Assembly (NCBI GenBank): GCA_029263895.1
Contig: JARIDO010000011.1
Location: 5,185 to 69,184 of the forward strand
Direction: 5' to 3'
DNA: 64,000 nucleotides
DNA from: Sporosarcina sp.
GTDB lineage: Bacteria > Bacillota > Bacilli > Bacillales_A > Planococcaceae
The translations under genes and the position numbers were made by a program. Of the stretch, positions 43,264 through 55,448 are shown one piece after another. The notes under the pieces are model-generated. The model saw only the letters and a program-made list of their open reading frames with translations. It did not search any database and was not told where the DNA came from. Every line of letters starts with the position of its first letter. Position 1 is the stretch's first letter.

Positions 43264-43707
43264 TTGAAAATTAGAGGATTACTATTAATCGCGATTCTAA
43301 TCGGTGGATCTTATACCACATATCAAACCTTTAAGGACTTTCAAGAAAAGAACTTTGACGAACTTCTTTCTTCACATAATATATTCTTCAATTCTGTTAC
43401 TTTTGCAAAACCAACTATATTCAATACGATTCATGAATCTTGGAAAATTGATGATGAAAAAGAAATTGAAGAATTATTACAGTTCTTACAAAACTATCAT
43501 GTACAACGATTAAAGCCAGAAGAAATTAATTTGAATGATGAAATCCTGCATTTCGATATTCAGCTTGAAGATGGAGCAGGGAATACGATAACTGTTATTA
43601 TAGATGAAGACTTAATCATTCAAAACGATGAATTGTACTACAGAATTGTTGATGGTCCATTAGATGTAGAATGGTTAGTACATTTTTTCTTACACAATAA
43701 ACTTTAA
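43264..43707 (+). CDS. Hypothetical exported protein
   Basis: GGAGG RBS, TTG start, N-terminal signal/TM. Confidence 0.65.
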   Translation: MKIRGLLLIAILIGGSYTTYQTFKDFQEKNFDELLSSHNIFFNSVTFAKPTIFNTIHESWKIDDEKEIEELLQFLQNYHVQRLKPEEINLNDEILHFDIQLEDGAGNTITVIIDEDLIIQNDELYYRIVDGPLDVEWLVHFFLHNKL

Positions 43708-43708
43708 C

Positions 43709-44092
43709 TCACATAATAGTTCCCGAAGTTAGAAGGACGAGATAAAATAGAAATACAACAATAAGCGAATAGATTTCAGCAATCCATCTCTTTGCTCTTC
43801 GATTATAGGCCCATTCCATAATCATCCTAAAAAGAGTGATTAATCCAAAGTAGATAAAGACTAGTGGTAAAATCGTGAAATTCTGTTTATCGTTTAGAAC
43901 AACATATAAAACAATTGTATAACCGACTAATATGACCATCATGCCAGTGGTTTGGGCAATTTTCACAGCCTTCGTTCTATTATCTAATTTCATTTGTATA
44001 TTAAATTTCCTACTGACAACAACATGACCGATTGAAAGAACGACGACAAAAATAAGAAGCATTAACATAAACATTTTCAATGATTTAACCAT
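43709..44092 (-). CDS. DUF4181-like membrane protein
   Basis: Four TM segments; FR..MEW.Y motif. Confidence 0.55.
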   Translation of the reverse strand: MVKSLKMFMLMLLIFVVVLSIGHVVVSRKFNIQMKLDNRTKAVKIAQTTGMMVILVGYTIVLYVVLNDKQNFTILPLVFIYFGLITLFRMIMEWAYNRRAKRWIAEIYSLIVVFLFYLVLLTSGTIM

Positions 44093-44143
44093 CCTTTACG
44101 TTACAATTAATAAATACAATGAAAAACAGAGGAGACTTTTACT

Positions 44144-44446
44144 ATGAACTTCAACTTGACTAGCGAACAAATCATACAAAAGTATAGTGAAGATGAACAA
44201 ATAATGATTCGATTATATATACATTGGTGTAAAAGTCATCAGTTAGACCCTGTTCAATTATACAGCCGTGCATATCCTGAACAACTTGAAAATCTAGCAT
44301 TGAAAGAATTGTTAAATGAAGCAGATGAAGAACAACAAATAACTGTTGATAATGAAACGATGATTGAAGTTCTTCAGATGTTCGGCAATGATGATTTAGC
44401 ATTTGTACTTGTAGAGGAACTTAATCGGCTATTTCCAGGGAAATAG
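44144..44446 (+). CDS. Conserved hypothetical protein (YxiS-like)
   Basis: IIQKY..DEQIM...WC...LDP..LY.RAYP and FGNDDLAF motifs. Confidence 0.7.
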   Translation: MNFNLTSEQIIQKYSEDEQIMIRLYIHWCKSHQLDPVQLYSRAYPEQLENLALKELLNEADEEQQITVDNETMIEVLQMFGNDDLAFVLVEELNRLFPGK

Positions 44447-44483
44447 CCGATTTGCAATTTAAGAAGATACACATATGTTAGAC

Positions 44484-45329
44484 TCAATTAAAACCTAGCA
44501 TGGCTGAATCAGCGATTTTCCGATACCCTATTTCTTGATAGATCTTATTGGACGTTTCGTTCACCATATCCGTATAAAGCACACAAAAATCAAATTCATT
44601 TAATAATTCTTTAGAACAAGCTGCGACCATCGTCCTTCCATAGCCCTTCTTTCGTTCCTTCTTCAGTGTATAAACAAATGACACTGTAACCCCATTCTCT
44701 GTCGGACGAGACTTTTTCATCATGGAAACAATTCGACCAGAAACTTCCCAAAGAAATACTTCTTGATTGTCTAAGAACAATGCTACTTTCTCCTTCGTTT
44801 CTTCTTGCGATGACACTTTTAGTCCAGCCTCTTCTTCAAAGAGGTTATAGCATTTTTCTATTATACTAGTGTCACTTTTCTCAGCAATTCGCCAGGTTCC
44901 TAGGCTTGGTTCTAGTGTTTCATTTACCTGATCTAACCGATATATACCTTGGTCCATCAAACATTCATAGGACATTCCACGTGCATCAGAATAGAAATCT
45001 GCAAAATGATACGACCATGGTTTAAGCGCAACAACAGAATTTATAGTTATATCATTCTTAATAAGTTCACGCACACATTTTTTGATGCATTCAGTTGTTC
45101 TCTTTTCTTTCACAATAATGATATTCAATGGATGTGGAGGAGTCATTTGAAAAAGCGCTAGAACTTCTCCTTCTTCTTCTATCCATGCCATCAAGGGATT
45201 TTCATAACGACCCGATTTAATACCTTCCAAAACCCCAATGAACAGACTATAGACGTCTTGATTTTTTTGTAAAATCGGATTCGCCTTCAGTATAAACTCT
45301 TCACTATTTCCTGCTAAAATAAATTCCAA
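44484..45329 (-). CDS. GNAT family acetyltransferase
   Basis: C-terminal VYT...RKKGYG, LYTD..N.TSNKIY..IGY. Confidence 0.85.
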   Translation of the reverse strand: MEFILAGNSEEFILKANPILQKNQDVYSLFIGVLEGIKSGRYENPLMAWIEEEGEVLALFQMTPPHPLNIIIVKEKRTTECIKKCVRELIKNDITINSVVALKPWSYHFADFYSDARGMSYECLMDQGIYRLDQVNETLEPSLGTWRIAEKSDTSIIEKCYNLFEEEAGLKVSSQEETKEKVALFLDNQEVFLWEVSGRIVSMMKKSRPTENGVTVSFVYTLKKERKKGYGRTMVAACSKELLNEFDFCVLYTDMVNETSNKIYQEIGYRKIADSAMLGFN

Positions 45330-45413
45330 AAAAACTCACTCCCTTCGTTCTGTAAATCGTACCAAATATTTACGAGGAAGGAAATGTATCTTTAAAAACA
45401 GACGGTCTAAACT

Positions 45414-45758
45414 TCATGATGTTTTACTCTTATATAATTTCGCCATTTTCGAAGGAGAAAAAGAAACGACATAGCTATCACCAAGTTCTAATCTTACGTT
45501 ATCCGTCATGCGAGCTCCATCGAAATTATGCCTCTCTTCACGTTCGCTACCATTTGGTTGAAAAACATCGTTTTCCCAATCAATCCACTCCCCATATGAA
45601 GCAGCCCACCGCTTCAGCGATGTTTTTAGCTGTTTGGAAATTGGAAGTTCATCTACTTCTAAATTACAAAAACAGACGTCACACCATATTGGGTCTGCTC
45701 CTATATCCCCTTCAACTTTCAATTGCATGGTTTCTCCTTCTTCACAAAAACATTTCAT
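45414..45758 (-). CDS. Hypothetical protein with CxC and CxxC motifs
   Basis: AAGGGA RBS; KCFC...GADPIWCDVCFCN. Confidence 0.7.
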   Translation of the reverse strand: MKCFCEEGETMQLKVEGDIGADPIWCDVCFCNLEVDELPISKQLKTSLKRWAASYGEWIDWENDVFQPNGSEREERHNFDGARMTDNVRLELGDSYVVSFSPSKMAKLYKSKTS

Positions 45759-45873
45759 AACTAAACCCGTCCCTTTTATAATATTCAGTTAGGAATTTCA
45801 GACATTTTAAAACACCGCATAATTGATTGCGGTGTTTTAAAATATTTATCAATCTTTATGACCCAAAAAAACT

Positions 45874-46317
45874 TCACCACAATATCGGTTTCTGAACCAT
45901 TAACCACAACATTACAAGCATTAATGCAATATAAATCCATGAAGTTTGATTTAACCGATTCAAAATTTTCGACTTACAATAACCTTCAACATTAAATCTA
46001 CGAAGGACTACAGAAAAACCTTTGGAAAGAAAAACCCCCGATAGTAATAGAACGATGATTGTTGCAATAATCCAAGAAGAATGCCATGGCCATGGCCCGA
46101 AAATTAATAATAAAATACCTGTCACAATCAATACGTGACCTGCGTGCATGACCAAACGAATAATCACTTTAATGATGGTCAAATAAGCAGTTTCAATCTC
46201 TGGTCCAACTCCACGTAATCGCTTTATGATTGGCATTAAAAGAAATAATGGGCCGATAGAAAGCACAGCACTAATGACGTGTAGAAAAATGATTACGTCA
46301 TAGAGGGCTTCGTTCAT
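45874..46317 (-). CDS. DUF2269-like membrane protein
   Basis: FLHVISA...GP, W...W and LMVQKP motifs. Confidence 0.7.
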   Translation of the reverse strand: MNEALYDVIIFLHVISAVLSIGPLFLLMPIIKRLRGVGPEIETAYLTIIKVIIRLVMHAGHVLIVTGILLLIFGPWPWHSSWIIATIIVLLLSGVFLSKGFSVVLRRFNVEGYCKSKILNRLNQTSWIYIALMLVMLWLMVQKPILW

Positions 46318-46324
46318 TTAACTA

Positions 46325-46657
46325 CTAGTTCTCCACTGGGCTAAATTCATGAACCCAAACACTCATTGTTGGCAACCAAGGCATTTTAGGATGCATAGAA
46401 AGAATTGAGTCTTTATATTCTTCCATTGTTGTAAATCCTTCTTGTTGCGCATGCTCATCTGTCATTTCACCTAGGGTTTGGGAGTATAGATTGTTCACTT
46501 TATATTGTCTCTCATCAAGAACCATTACCTCGCCTGGATATGCATAGACACCATTTCTGCGAGTAGCAGTTTTTTTACCTGCAAGTACTTTTTCAACATC
46601 TTTTGGTACTGTCACAAGTCTTTCTACAGAACACGTTTTTTCAGGATAATTCGTCAT
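46325..46657 (-). CDS. ASCH domain protein
   Basis: GKKTATRR and HAQQEG motifs; ATG 46657 after AAGGAG. Confidence 0.85.
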   Translation of the reverse strand: MTNYPEKTCSVERLVTVPKDVEKVLAGKKTATRRNGVYAYPGEVMVLDERQYKVNNLYSQTLGEMTDEHAQQEGFTTMEEYKDSILSMHPKMPWLPTMSVWVHEFSPVEN

Positions 46658-46818
46658 ATACAGCACTCCTTTAATATAAAATCCTTCTTTAATCATACCT
46701 ATCTTTAATGCATTATACTAGTGGCTAGTCTTTTAATTGTGTCCAAAATAATGACCGATACATGTCTCTGACATGTATCGGTCCCATTTTTTATAGTTAA
46801 CAGCTGAAATGTCTGTTG

Positions 46819-48555
<1,737 letters not shown>

Positions 48556-48566
<11 letters not shown>

Positions 48567-49818
48567 CTTTCACCTCCATATTCTTCACCAGTGAAGGATC
48601 CACTTGTACTTCATTATTTATAAACTGACCGTCACCTGCTAAAGCTCCAATCAGTGCACCACGAATGATAATACCTTGTAACTTCTTCTGGTCGTCAACG
48701 ACCGCAACTGGAATTGTTGCAGTTGAAACAACATCAAACAAATCAGTTAAGACGGTATCCGCTGAAACCATTTGCATATCTATTCGAAGGACTTCTTCAA
48801 TACTTTTACCTGATTCTGCTGCATTCACAGCATCTTGTGCAGTGATCGCACCAAGTAAACGATTCCCTTTATCTACTACATAAATAGAAGAAATATTTAA
48901 ATGTTTCATAAGTCTTAAAGCAACACGTGGTCCTCTATCAACCTGAACTGTATCTGCTTTTTTCAAAATATGACCTGCTGTCAAAACTTTCGATAGATCC
49001 ACGTCTTCTACAAAACGTTCAACGTATTCATTCGAAGGACTCATTAGAATCTCTTCTGGCGTTCCTATTTGGACAATATCTCCATCTTTCATTAATGCAA
49101 TTCGATCACCAATTCGTAGTGCCTCATCAAGATCATGTGTAATGAAGATAATCGTTTTCCCCATATCATGATGAAGTTGTAATAGTTCATCTTGCATATC
49201 TTTACGAATGAGCGGATCCAAAGCACTGAATGCTTCGTCCATTAGTAAAATGTCAGGATCATTCGCTAATGCTCGCGCTAGTCCGACACGTTGTTGCATA
49301 CCACCACTTAATTGACTTGGATATTGATTTTCATAACCCGCAAGACCAACTAATTTTAAGGACTCCAGCGCTTTCGCTTGACGCTCTCCTTTAGTAATAC
49401 CTTGAATTTCTAATCCATACTCCGTGTTTTCTTGGATAGTCTTATGAGGGAATAATGCGAAGTTTTGGAACACCATACCAATTTTCTTGCGGCGCACTGC
49501 ACGTAGTTGTTCTTTATTCATCGTAACAATGTCTTCACCATCTAAAAGAATTTGACCTGTTGTTGGATTAATTAATCTGTTCAACAAACGGACCAATGTT
49601 GACTTTCCGCTACCAGACAAACCCATTATGACAAATATTTCACCGTCATAGACATCAAATGAAGCATTTTTAACGCCAACAGTCGCTCCTGTTGCTTTTA
49701 AAATCTCTTTTTTTGTTTTTCCTTCTTTTAGCATTTGGGTCGCCCGTTTGCTATTCTTACCGAAAATCTTTGTAGTTCCTAGAACTTCTATCTTTTTCTT
49801 CATCAACGATTCACTCAT
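48556..49818 (-). CDS. opuAA: Glycine betaine ABC transporter ATPase with CBS domains
   Basis: GLSGSGKST, LSGGMQQR and DEAFSALDP motifs; ATG 49818 after AAGGAG. Confidence 0.95.
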
Positions 49819-50032
49819 ACGTTCACTCCTTAGCAATTCAAAACTTTCGATGTCTACTAGTATAGCTGTAACATTTTTGTAATACAACTTTTTTGACTAA
49901 TAATATTGTTTAAACGGAAAAAACTGTTTTAAACGAAACTAATTTAATTGCTTTTTTAAAGTGAATATAATACTCTACTAATAAGGTGTTGGTGCAGACT
50001 ATACCTATTTAGGATAGTGGAGGGAAATCGTT

Positions 50033-50572
50033 ATGAACGGAACGGAAAAACTTGATAAAGCCCGCGAGCGTATTATTGAAACAATTGCTCAAAATATTCA
50101 TCTATATGGGCTTACTTCGTCTGCTGGCAGACAGTATGGCACAATGTTTTTTCACAATGAACCGTTAACATTGGATCAAATGACAGTAGAACTCGGCATG
50201 AGTAAGACGAGTATGAGTACTTCGGTTAAAGCGTTATCGGATCTAAAACTAGTTGAACGTGCGTGGAAAAGAGGCGTTCGTAAAGATTTATATCAAGCAA
50301 AAGATGACTGGTATCAAAGTTTCATTGATTTATTTTCTATAAAATGGAGAAGGTCTATTTCACTTCACTCTGTTGCAATAAAAAGATCTATTAATGATAT
50401 GAAGGATATCATAGATGATTCAACTACTTCTATCGAAATTAAAGAATTGGCGGAAATTGATTTAGAAAAGCTCATCTATATCCGCGATTACTTTGAATGG
50501 TTAGATCGTTTAGTTGACGCTTTTGAAAGTCATGAGATTTTTAATTTAGTTCCTTTGAAAAAAGATTTATAA
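50033..50572 (+). CDS. GbsR/MarR-type regulator of opuA (OpuAR-like)
   Basis: GMSKTSMST, RGVRKDLY and aromatic WY..F motifs; divergent from opuA. Confidence 0.85.
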   Translation: MNGTEKLDKARERIIETIAQNIHLYGLTSSAGRQYGTMFFHNEPLTLDQMTVELGMSKTSMSTSVKALSDLKLVERAWKRGVRKDLYQAKDDWYQSFIDLFSIKWRRSISLHSVAIKRSINDMKDIIDDSTTSIEIKELAEIDLEKLIYIRDYFEWLDRLVDAFESHEIFNLVPLKKDL

Positions 50573-50583
50573 GCGTAATCAAT

Positions 50584-50626
50584 AAAAAATGGCTTACAGG
50601 TGCATTCACCTGTAAGCCATTTTTTA
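50584..50626. terminator. Bidirectional terminator
   Basis: AAAAAATGGCTTACAGGTG-catt-CACCTGTAAGCCATTTTTT. Confidence 0.9.
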
Positions 50627-50649
50627 TATTCTATGTGAAAGAACATAAT

Positions 50650-51396
50650 TTATTTAATTGTAATTAAATGTTCTTCATGCTCATGCAATCCATGATCATC
50701 TTCTACATGCACTTGTACTTTATAGTTTCCAGCTTCATTGAATGATTTTTTTGCAGAGTACTCCCCTGCTACTATTTCTTCTGTATCTAGCCAGTCATGT
50801 TTGTCTGTTTTTTCTTCTTTCCAAATTTCATAACGCACCTTTACTTTTTCTAAAGGTTTTCCTTCCATTTGAAGATGTGTGACTAACAATGAATCTTCCT
50901 TTGCAACACCTTTTTCAAGTCCCATAAAATGCATTGAGAAACCTTCAGCGCTACCATGTTCGTGAGCTGCCCCTTCCTTGTCATGCTCACTCCCATTACC
51001 TACCGTTACGACTTTCATCGGCATTGTATGCATATTTCTTGCAGTAACATGCACTTGGATTGTAAAGACGCCATCGTGTTCAAAGGTATTTTCTGCACTA
51101 TACAAACCATTTTTATCGTTTTTGGAAGACACTTTAATACTTTCTTCTTTCTTTCCTTCTTCCCAAATTTCAAACTCTACCTCATCAGCATCGTCTATTT
51201 TTTCTTCCCCTTGTGTAACCAACGCTTCCATTTTAACGACTTCATCAACATCTGCTGCTTCTTGTACCGTCAATTCAACCTCTAGTGGAAGAAGTTCATC
51301 AGTATCCGGAGCTTTTTCATTAGATTTTTCTTTACCACAAGCCGCTAATGCTACCAAAACAAGTATAATAGAAATAAGTCCAAGTTTCTTTTTCAA
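50650..51396 (-). CDS. Lipoprotein with two YtkA/FixH-like domains, His-rich
   Basis: Lipobox LAAC; VTQGEE...ADEVEFEIW...QVHVTARNMHTMP, repeated as YEIW...QVHVEDDHGLHEH. Confidence 0.8.
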   Translation of the reverse strand: MKKKLGLISIILVLVALAACGKEKSNEKAPDTDELLPLEVELTVQEAADVDEVVKMEALVTQGEEKIDDADEVEFEIWEEGKKEESIKVSSKNDKNGLYSAENTFEHDGVFTIQVHVTARNMHTMPMKVVTVGNGSEHDKEGAAHEHGSAEGFSMHFMGLEKGVAKEDSLLVTHLQMEGKPLEKVKVRYEIWKEEKTDKHDWLDTEEIVAGEYSAKKSFNEAGNYKVQVHVEDDHGLHEHEEHLITIK

Positions 51397-51449
51397 TTTT
51401 AACCCTCCACGCTTTTTAATACTTAACGTTGGTCGATAAGTTCAGTATG

Positions 51450-51533
51450 ATTATAAGAGATAAGTACGAACTAAATGTGAAGTTTACGCTTCACATTTCT
51501 TTCACAACTCTTTTACATTATTGATAGTATATA
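51450..51533. promoter_or_regulatory. Divergent promoters with phased OmpR-type boxes
   Basis: TTCACA (51490), TTCACA (51501), TTTACA (51512); inverted TGTGAA (51476); minus-strand TATAAT at 51455-51450. Confidence 0.6.
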
Positions 51534-51537
51534 ACGA

Positions 51538-52230
51538 ATGAAATGGGGCCTTGTCTTGAATGCATCTACGATAATGATAATAGATGATGAAGCACAAATG
51601 AGAAAGTTAATAAGAACATTATTGGAACGCGAAGGCTATACTGTTGTCGAAGCAACTGACGGAATTCACGCGTTGCATTTAATGAAAGAAGTACATCCAA
51701 GTTTACTTTTGGTAGACGTTATGATGCCATTCATGGATGGTTTTACATTTGCAAATGAAGTAAAACGAAATTCCACAGTACCGTTAATCTTTTTATCGGC
51801 TAAAGGGGATGAATGGGATAAAATACAAGGTTTAAAATTAGGTGGCGATGATTATATCGTTAAACCTTTCCTAGCAGGTGAATTACTTGCAAGAATTGAA
51901 TCCGTCTTAAGAAGAGCAAACGTCCAAAATAAAAGCTCCGATGTTTTAACTGTTGGTCCTTTAATAATTGATATCGACTCTCACACTGTAACACTAAATG
52001 GCAATCATTTATCACTGACTTTAAAAGAATTTGGCGTCTTGCATCTGCTTGCACAACATAAAGGCCGAGTATACACGAGAGAACAGTTACTCGAAATTGT
52101 TTGGGGTGAAGACCACGATAGTAGTGAACGAACTGTCGATACACATATTAAAACGTTGAGACTTAAGATGGGCAATGACGGCGAACTGATAGAGACAGTT
52201 TGGGGACTTGGCTATAAATTCGGAGGATGA
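51538..52230 (+). CDS. OmpR family response regulator
   Basis: IDD, DVMMP, DDYIVKPF, RTVDTHIK and TVWGLGYK motifs; start may be TTG 51556. Confidence 0.93.
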   Translation: MKWGLVLNASTIMIIDDEAQMRKLIRTLLEREGYTVVEATDGIHALHLMKEVHPSLLLVDVMMPFMDGFTFANEVKRNSTVPLIFLSAKGDEWDKIQGLKLGGDDYIVKPFLAGELLARIESVLRRANVQNKSSDVLTVGPLIIDIDSHTVTLNGNHLSLTLKEFGVLHLLAQHKGRVYTREQLLEIVWGEDHDSSERTVDTHIKTLRLKMGNDGELIETVWGLGYKFGG

Positions 52231-53645
52231 CCATGAAAAACCTTACGTTAAATAAAAAAATGTTAATGGTTCTTGTTTCTAGCATCCTTTTCACAATTGT
52301 TTTTTCGTTCTTTTTTATACATTATTTATACTCGGTTCTTTATTTAAAGAGCATAGAAGAATCGATTGTCTATCAAGGGCAACGAACTGCTGCACATTAT
52401 CATTACGGTGAGCTAAGCGATGAGATTATTGAAAAAATACAATGGTATAATATCGTATCCGAATACGAAATCATTGTCGTTGATGACTTACAGCAGCTGT
52501 CTTCGTATTTTCCATATGAAATCAATTATAAAACACTTGTGGTCAATACGGATATGAAAAAACTAGAAAGTGGTGCCCATGTAGTAAAAACAGGATTTGT
52601 AGAAGAGTTAAATACGGAAATACTTGGTGCAATTTTCCCTATTAAAGGTAAAGAAGGTCTTATCGGTTTTATCTATATATACGTTCCTTTAGCTGCAGTA
52701 CAAGATGTATTTAAAGATAGTATTCCTCTTTTAATTGGCATTGGTTCACTATTTTTCTTCGTACTATTTCTAGTTGTCAATCGCGCATGGCGTTCCTTAT
52801 TCAACCCTTTAAAGAAACTTCAACAACTTTCGTATGAAGTATCTAAAGGTAACTATCAACGTCTAGAAACGGACCGCACTGATGAAATAGGTCAGTTAGC
52901 ACAAGCATTTAATACGATGAGCTTATCACTGGAACAACAAGAGCAACGCAAGAAAGAATTTACATCTAACATTGTTCATGAACTCCGTACACCACTCACT
53001 TATATAAGTGGTTATACGCATGTTTTGAAAGAAAAAATATATGCATCCCCTGAAGAAGCAGAAGATTATTTGTTAACAATTGAAAAAGAAACTATTCGTT
53101 TGAACAAGTTAATAAATGATTTAGTTGAGCTAAATTATTTGCAAGAAGACCTCTACATTTTGAACATTGAACCAATTGCAATTGCCCAGCTATTCTATGA
53201 CACACTCGATTTATTTTCGATTCACATTTCCCAAAAATCTTTGGACATACATTCACAAATACAGGAGGATTTAATCCTTATTGGGGATCCAAGAAGAATA
53301 CAACAAGTTTTTTATAACATTTTAGATAACGCTATAAAATACACAGAAGATGCCGGTACAATTTCTATTGAATTAAAAAAGTTAGCATCCAATATCGAGT
53401 TCAAAGTCACTAATAAAGGAATGAGCATAGATGAATCGGATCTAAAACGAATTGGTGAACGTTTTTTCAGATCAGATAAAGCTCGAACACGAACAACCGG
53501 TGGAACTGGACTAGGGCTATCTATTGTAAAGGAAATTATCCGATTGCATAATGGTACCTTTACAATTACAAGTACAGTTTCTGCTGGAACGATTGTTACG
53601 ATACAACTACCAAAGTTTACAAACACGACGGAGGAAAAACGATGA
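52227..53645 (+). CDS. Sensor histidine kinase (HAMP-HisKA-HATPase)
   Basis: Two TMs; HELRTPL, NILDNAIKY and GGTGLGLSI motifs. Confidence 0.93.
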   Translation: MTMKNLTLNKKMLMVLVSSILFTIVFSFFFIHYLYSVLYLKSIEESIVYQGQRTAAHYHYGELSDEIIEKIQWYNIVSEYEIIVVDDLQQLSSYFPYEINYKTLVVNTDMKKLESGAHVVKTGFVEELNTEILGAIFPIKGKEGLIGFIYIYVPLAAVQDVFKDSIPLLIGIGSLFFFVLFLVVNRAWRSLFNPLKKLQQLSYEVSKGNYQRLETDRTDEIGQLAQAFNTMSLSLEQQEQRKKEFTSNIVHELRTPLTYISGYTHVLKEKIYASPEEAEDYLLTIEKETIRLNKLINDLVELNYLQEDLYILNIEPIAIAQLFYDTLDLFSIHISQKSLDIHSQIQEDLILIGDPRRIQQVFYNILDNAIKYTEDAGTISIELKKLASNIEFKVTNKGMSIDESDLKRIGERFFRSDKARTRTTGGTGLGLSIVKEIIRLHNGTFTITSTVSAGTIVTIQLPKFTNTTEEKR

Positions 53646-54214
53646 ACAAACAAAAAATCCTCATACCAGTGATTTTAGCACTTTCCGTTGTTCTCTTAAG
53701 CGCATGTACTATAAAACAACCGCCGGGTAAAAACATTGGTGATTTCACTTTCACAGATCAAAACAACGAAGCGTTTGGTTCTGACGAATTATCAGATAAA
53801 ATTTGGATAGCTGATTTTGTTTTCACCGATTGTGAAACCGTCTGTCCTCCAATGACAATGGAGATGGCAATATTACAAAACGAATTCATTAAAAGAGGTA
53901 TTGATGCACAATTTGTTTCATTTACTGTTGATCCTATCACCGATACACCTAGTGCTTTAAAAACTTACATTAAGCAATACACAGATAACGAAACAAATTG
54001 GCACTTACTTACGGGCTACTCACAAAATGAAATTGAACAATTCGCAAGAGAAAAGTTCCAAACGATTGTCCAAAAACCAGAAAACTCAACACAAGTAATT
54101 CATGGAACAAGCTTTTACTTAATTGACAAAGATGGCTACAAATTCAATGAATACAACTTTGTTGACCCAACCTATATTGATACACTCATTAGTGATATTA
54201 AAAAAATCAACTAG
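53642..54214 (+). CDS. SCO family copper chaperone lipoprotein
   Basis: Lipobox LSAC; CETVCP, VDP..DTP and IHGT motifs; 4-bp overlap with the kinase. Confidence 0.92.
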   Translation: MNKQKILIPVILALSVVLLSACTIKQPPGKNIGDFTFTDQNNEAFGSDELSDKIWIADFVFTDCETVCPPMTMEMAILQNEFIKRGIDAQFVSFTVDPITDTPSALKTYIKQYTDNETNWHLLTGYSQNEIEQFAREKFQTIVQKPENSTQVIHGTSFYLIDKDGYKFNEYNFVDPTYIDTLISDIKKIN

Positions 54215-54240
54215 TACCATCAAAAGATAAGGGTGAAATT

Positions 54241-55068
54241 ATGCTAACATCTACTCAATTACAAGCAATTAAACAGTTACAAAAAAAATGCGAACAACAA
54301 GATAAGCAACATTTAAAGTTGAATTGGGATATGCTACAACAGAGAAAGCTCGAAAATATGGACTATTTCATATGGCAAGACGGTGAACTAATTGCTTTTC
54401 TTGGCCTTTACGATTTCGGTCAAACCGTTGAAGTTTGTGGAATGGTTGCTCCATCAGAAAGAAGAAAAGGACATTTCACCTTGCTATGGGCTAAGGCAAG
54501 GCAAACCATTCAACGAATGCAATTTCAAAAAGTGTTATTGAATGCTCCTGCTTTATCAGAAAGTGCAAAAAGTTGGTTGACAACAGTACCTTGCGAATAC
54601 AGTTTTTCTGAATATCAAATGCGTTGGGAAAGAATCGCTATTGAAAAGTCTACTGAAGATATGTTGCGTGAATCCACAAATTCTGATGAAGCATTTGAAA
54701 TCGATCTTGATATTCTCGCTTTCCAGTTATCAAAAGAAGATGCGACGGAACTTTATAACCGTGTTAAAAGTAGACCCCTTGAAAAGCGTTACATTATCCT
54801 AGATGCCAATCAACGTATCGGTAAAATTCGAGTCAATATTGAAAATGGCATTGCTTATATATATGGTTTTTCCATACTACCTAAATACCAAGGGAAAGGT
54901 TTCGGCGGCAAGGCTCTCCGAAATATCGTATATTCACTAAGTGAATCCACCAACAGCATTTTATTAGATGTCGAAATACAAAATGAAAACGCCTTGCAGT
55001 TATATACGAATGTTGGATTCAAAGTTGAACAACGGCAGGATTATTATCTTTTTCCTAATTTTGGTTAA
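54241..55068 (+). CDS. Tandem GNAT acetyltransferase
   Basis: V.P..RRKG and QGKGFG...N..ALQLY..VGF motifs. Confidence 0.85.
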   Translation: MLTSTQLQAIKQLQKKCEQQDKQHLKLNWDMLQQRKLENMDYFIWQDGELIAFLGLYDFGQTVEVCGMVAPSERRKGHFTLLWAKARQTIQRMQFQKVLLNAPALSESAKSWLTTVPCEYSFSEYQMRWERIAIEKSTEDMLRESTNSDEAFEIDLDILAFQLSKEDATELYNRVKSRPLEKRYIILDANQRIGKIRVNIENGIAYIYGFSILPKYQGKGFGGKALRNIVYSLSESTNSILLDVEIQNENALQLYTNVGFKVEQRQDYYLFPNFG

Positions 55069-55154
55069 CAGTTATAATGGTTTGTTTTTGGCATATGGAT
55101 AATGAACTGATAGAATGAAAAACATTCAGCACACATTATTCGGAGGTATTTACT

Positions 55155-55448
55155 ATGAGCGGTCAAGATAGTTTAGTGTTATCAACACTGACATATATCG
55201 TAGTTGAACGAAAAGTGCATTGGTATGATCAAAGATCACATCAATCTATACACAGCATCGATTTATTTAATAATATGCTTACAACAACTAAGGATTCGTT
55301 TCAACTTGAGCATATCCATGATATTTCATATCGCCCATTCACAAATGGCAATGGTTTGTTTTACTTACACACAAATCAAGGTGTTTTCACATATACAATC
55401 AATGCAGACCCCACAGAGTTTATAGATATTTATAGAAATATTAAATAA
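55155..55448 (+). CDS. Hypothetical protein
   Basis: GGAGG RBS; HDISY...YLHTNQGVF. Confidence 0.65.
   Translation: MSGQDSLVLSTLTYIVVERKVHWYDQRSHQSIHSIDLFNNMLTTTKDSFQLEHIHDISYRPFTNGNGLFYLHTNQGVFTYTINADPTEFIDIYRNIK

Noticed and set aside
45416-45760. Antisense ORF of equal length to the 45414-45758 gene, a possible overlapping gene pair
   Set aside because: No RBS and atypical composition; a shadow of the minus-strand gene, like most short antisense ORFs in the track.
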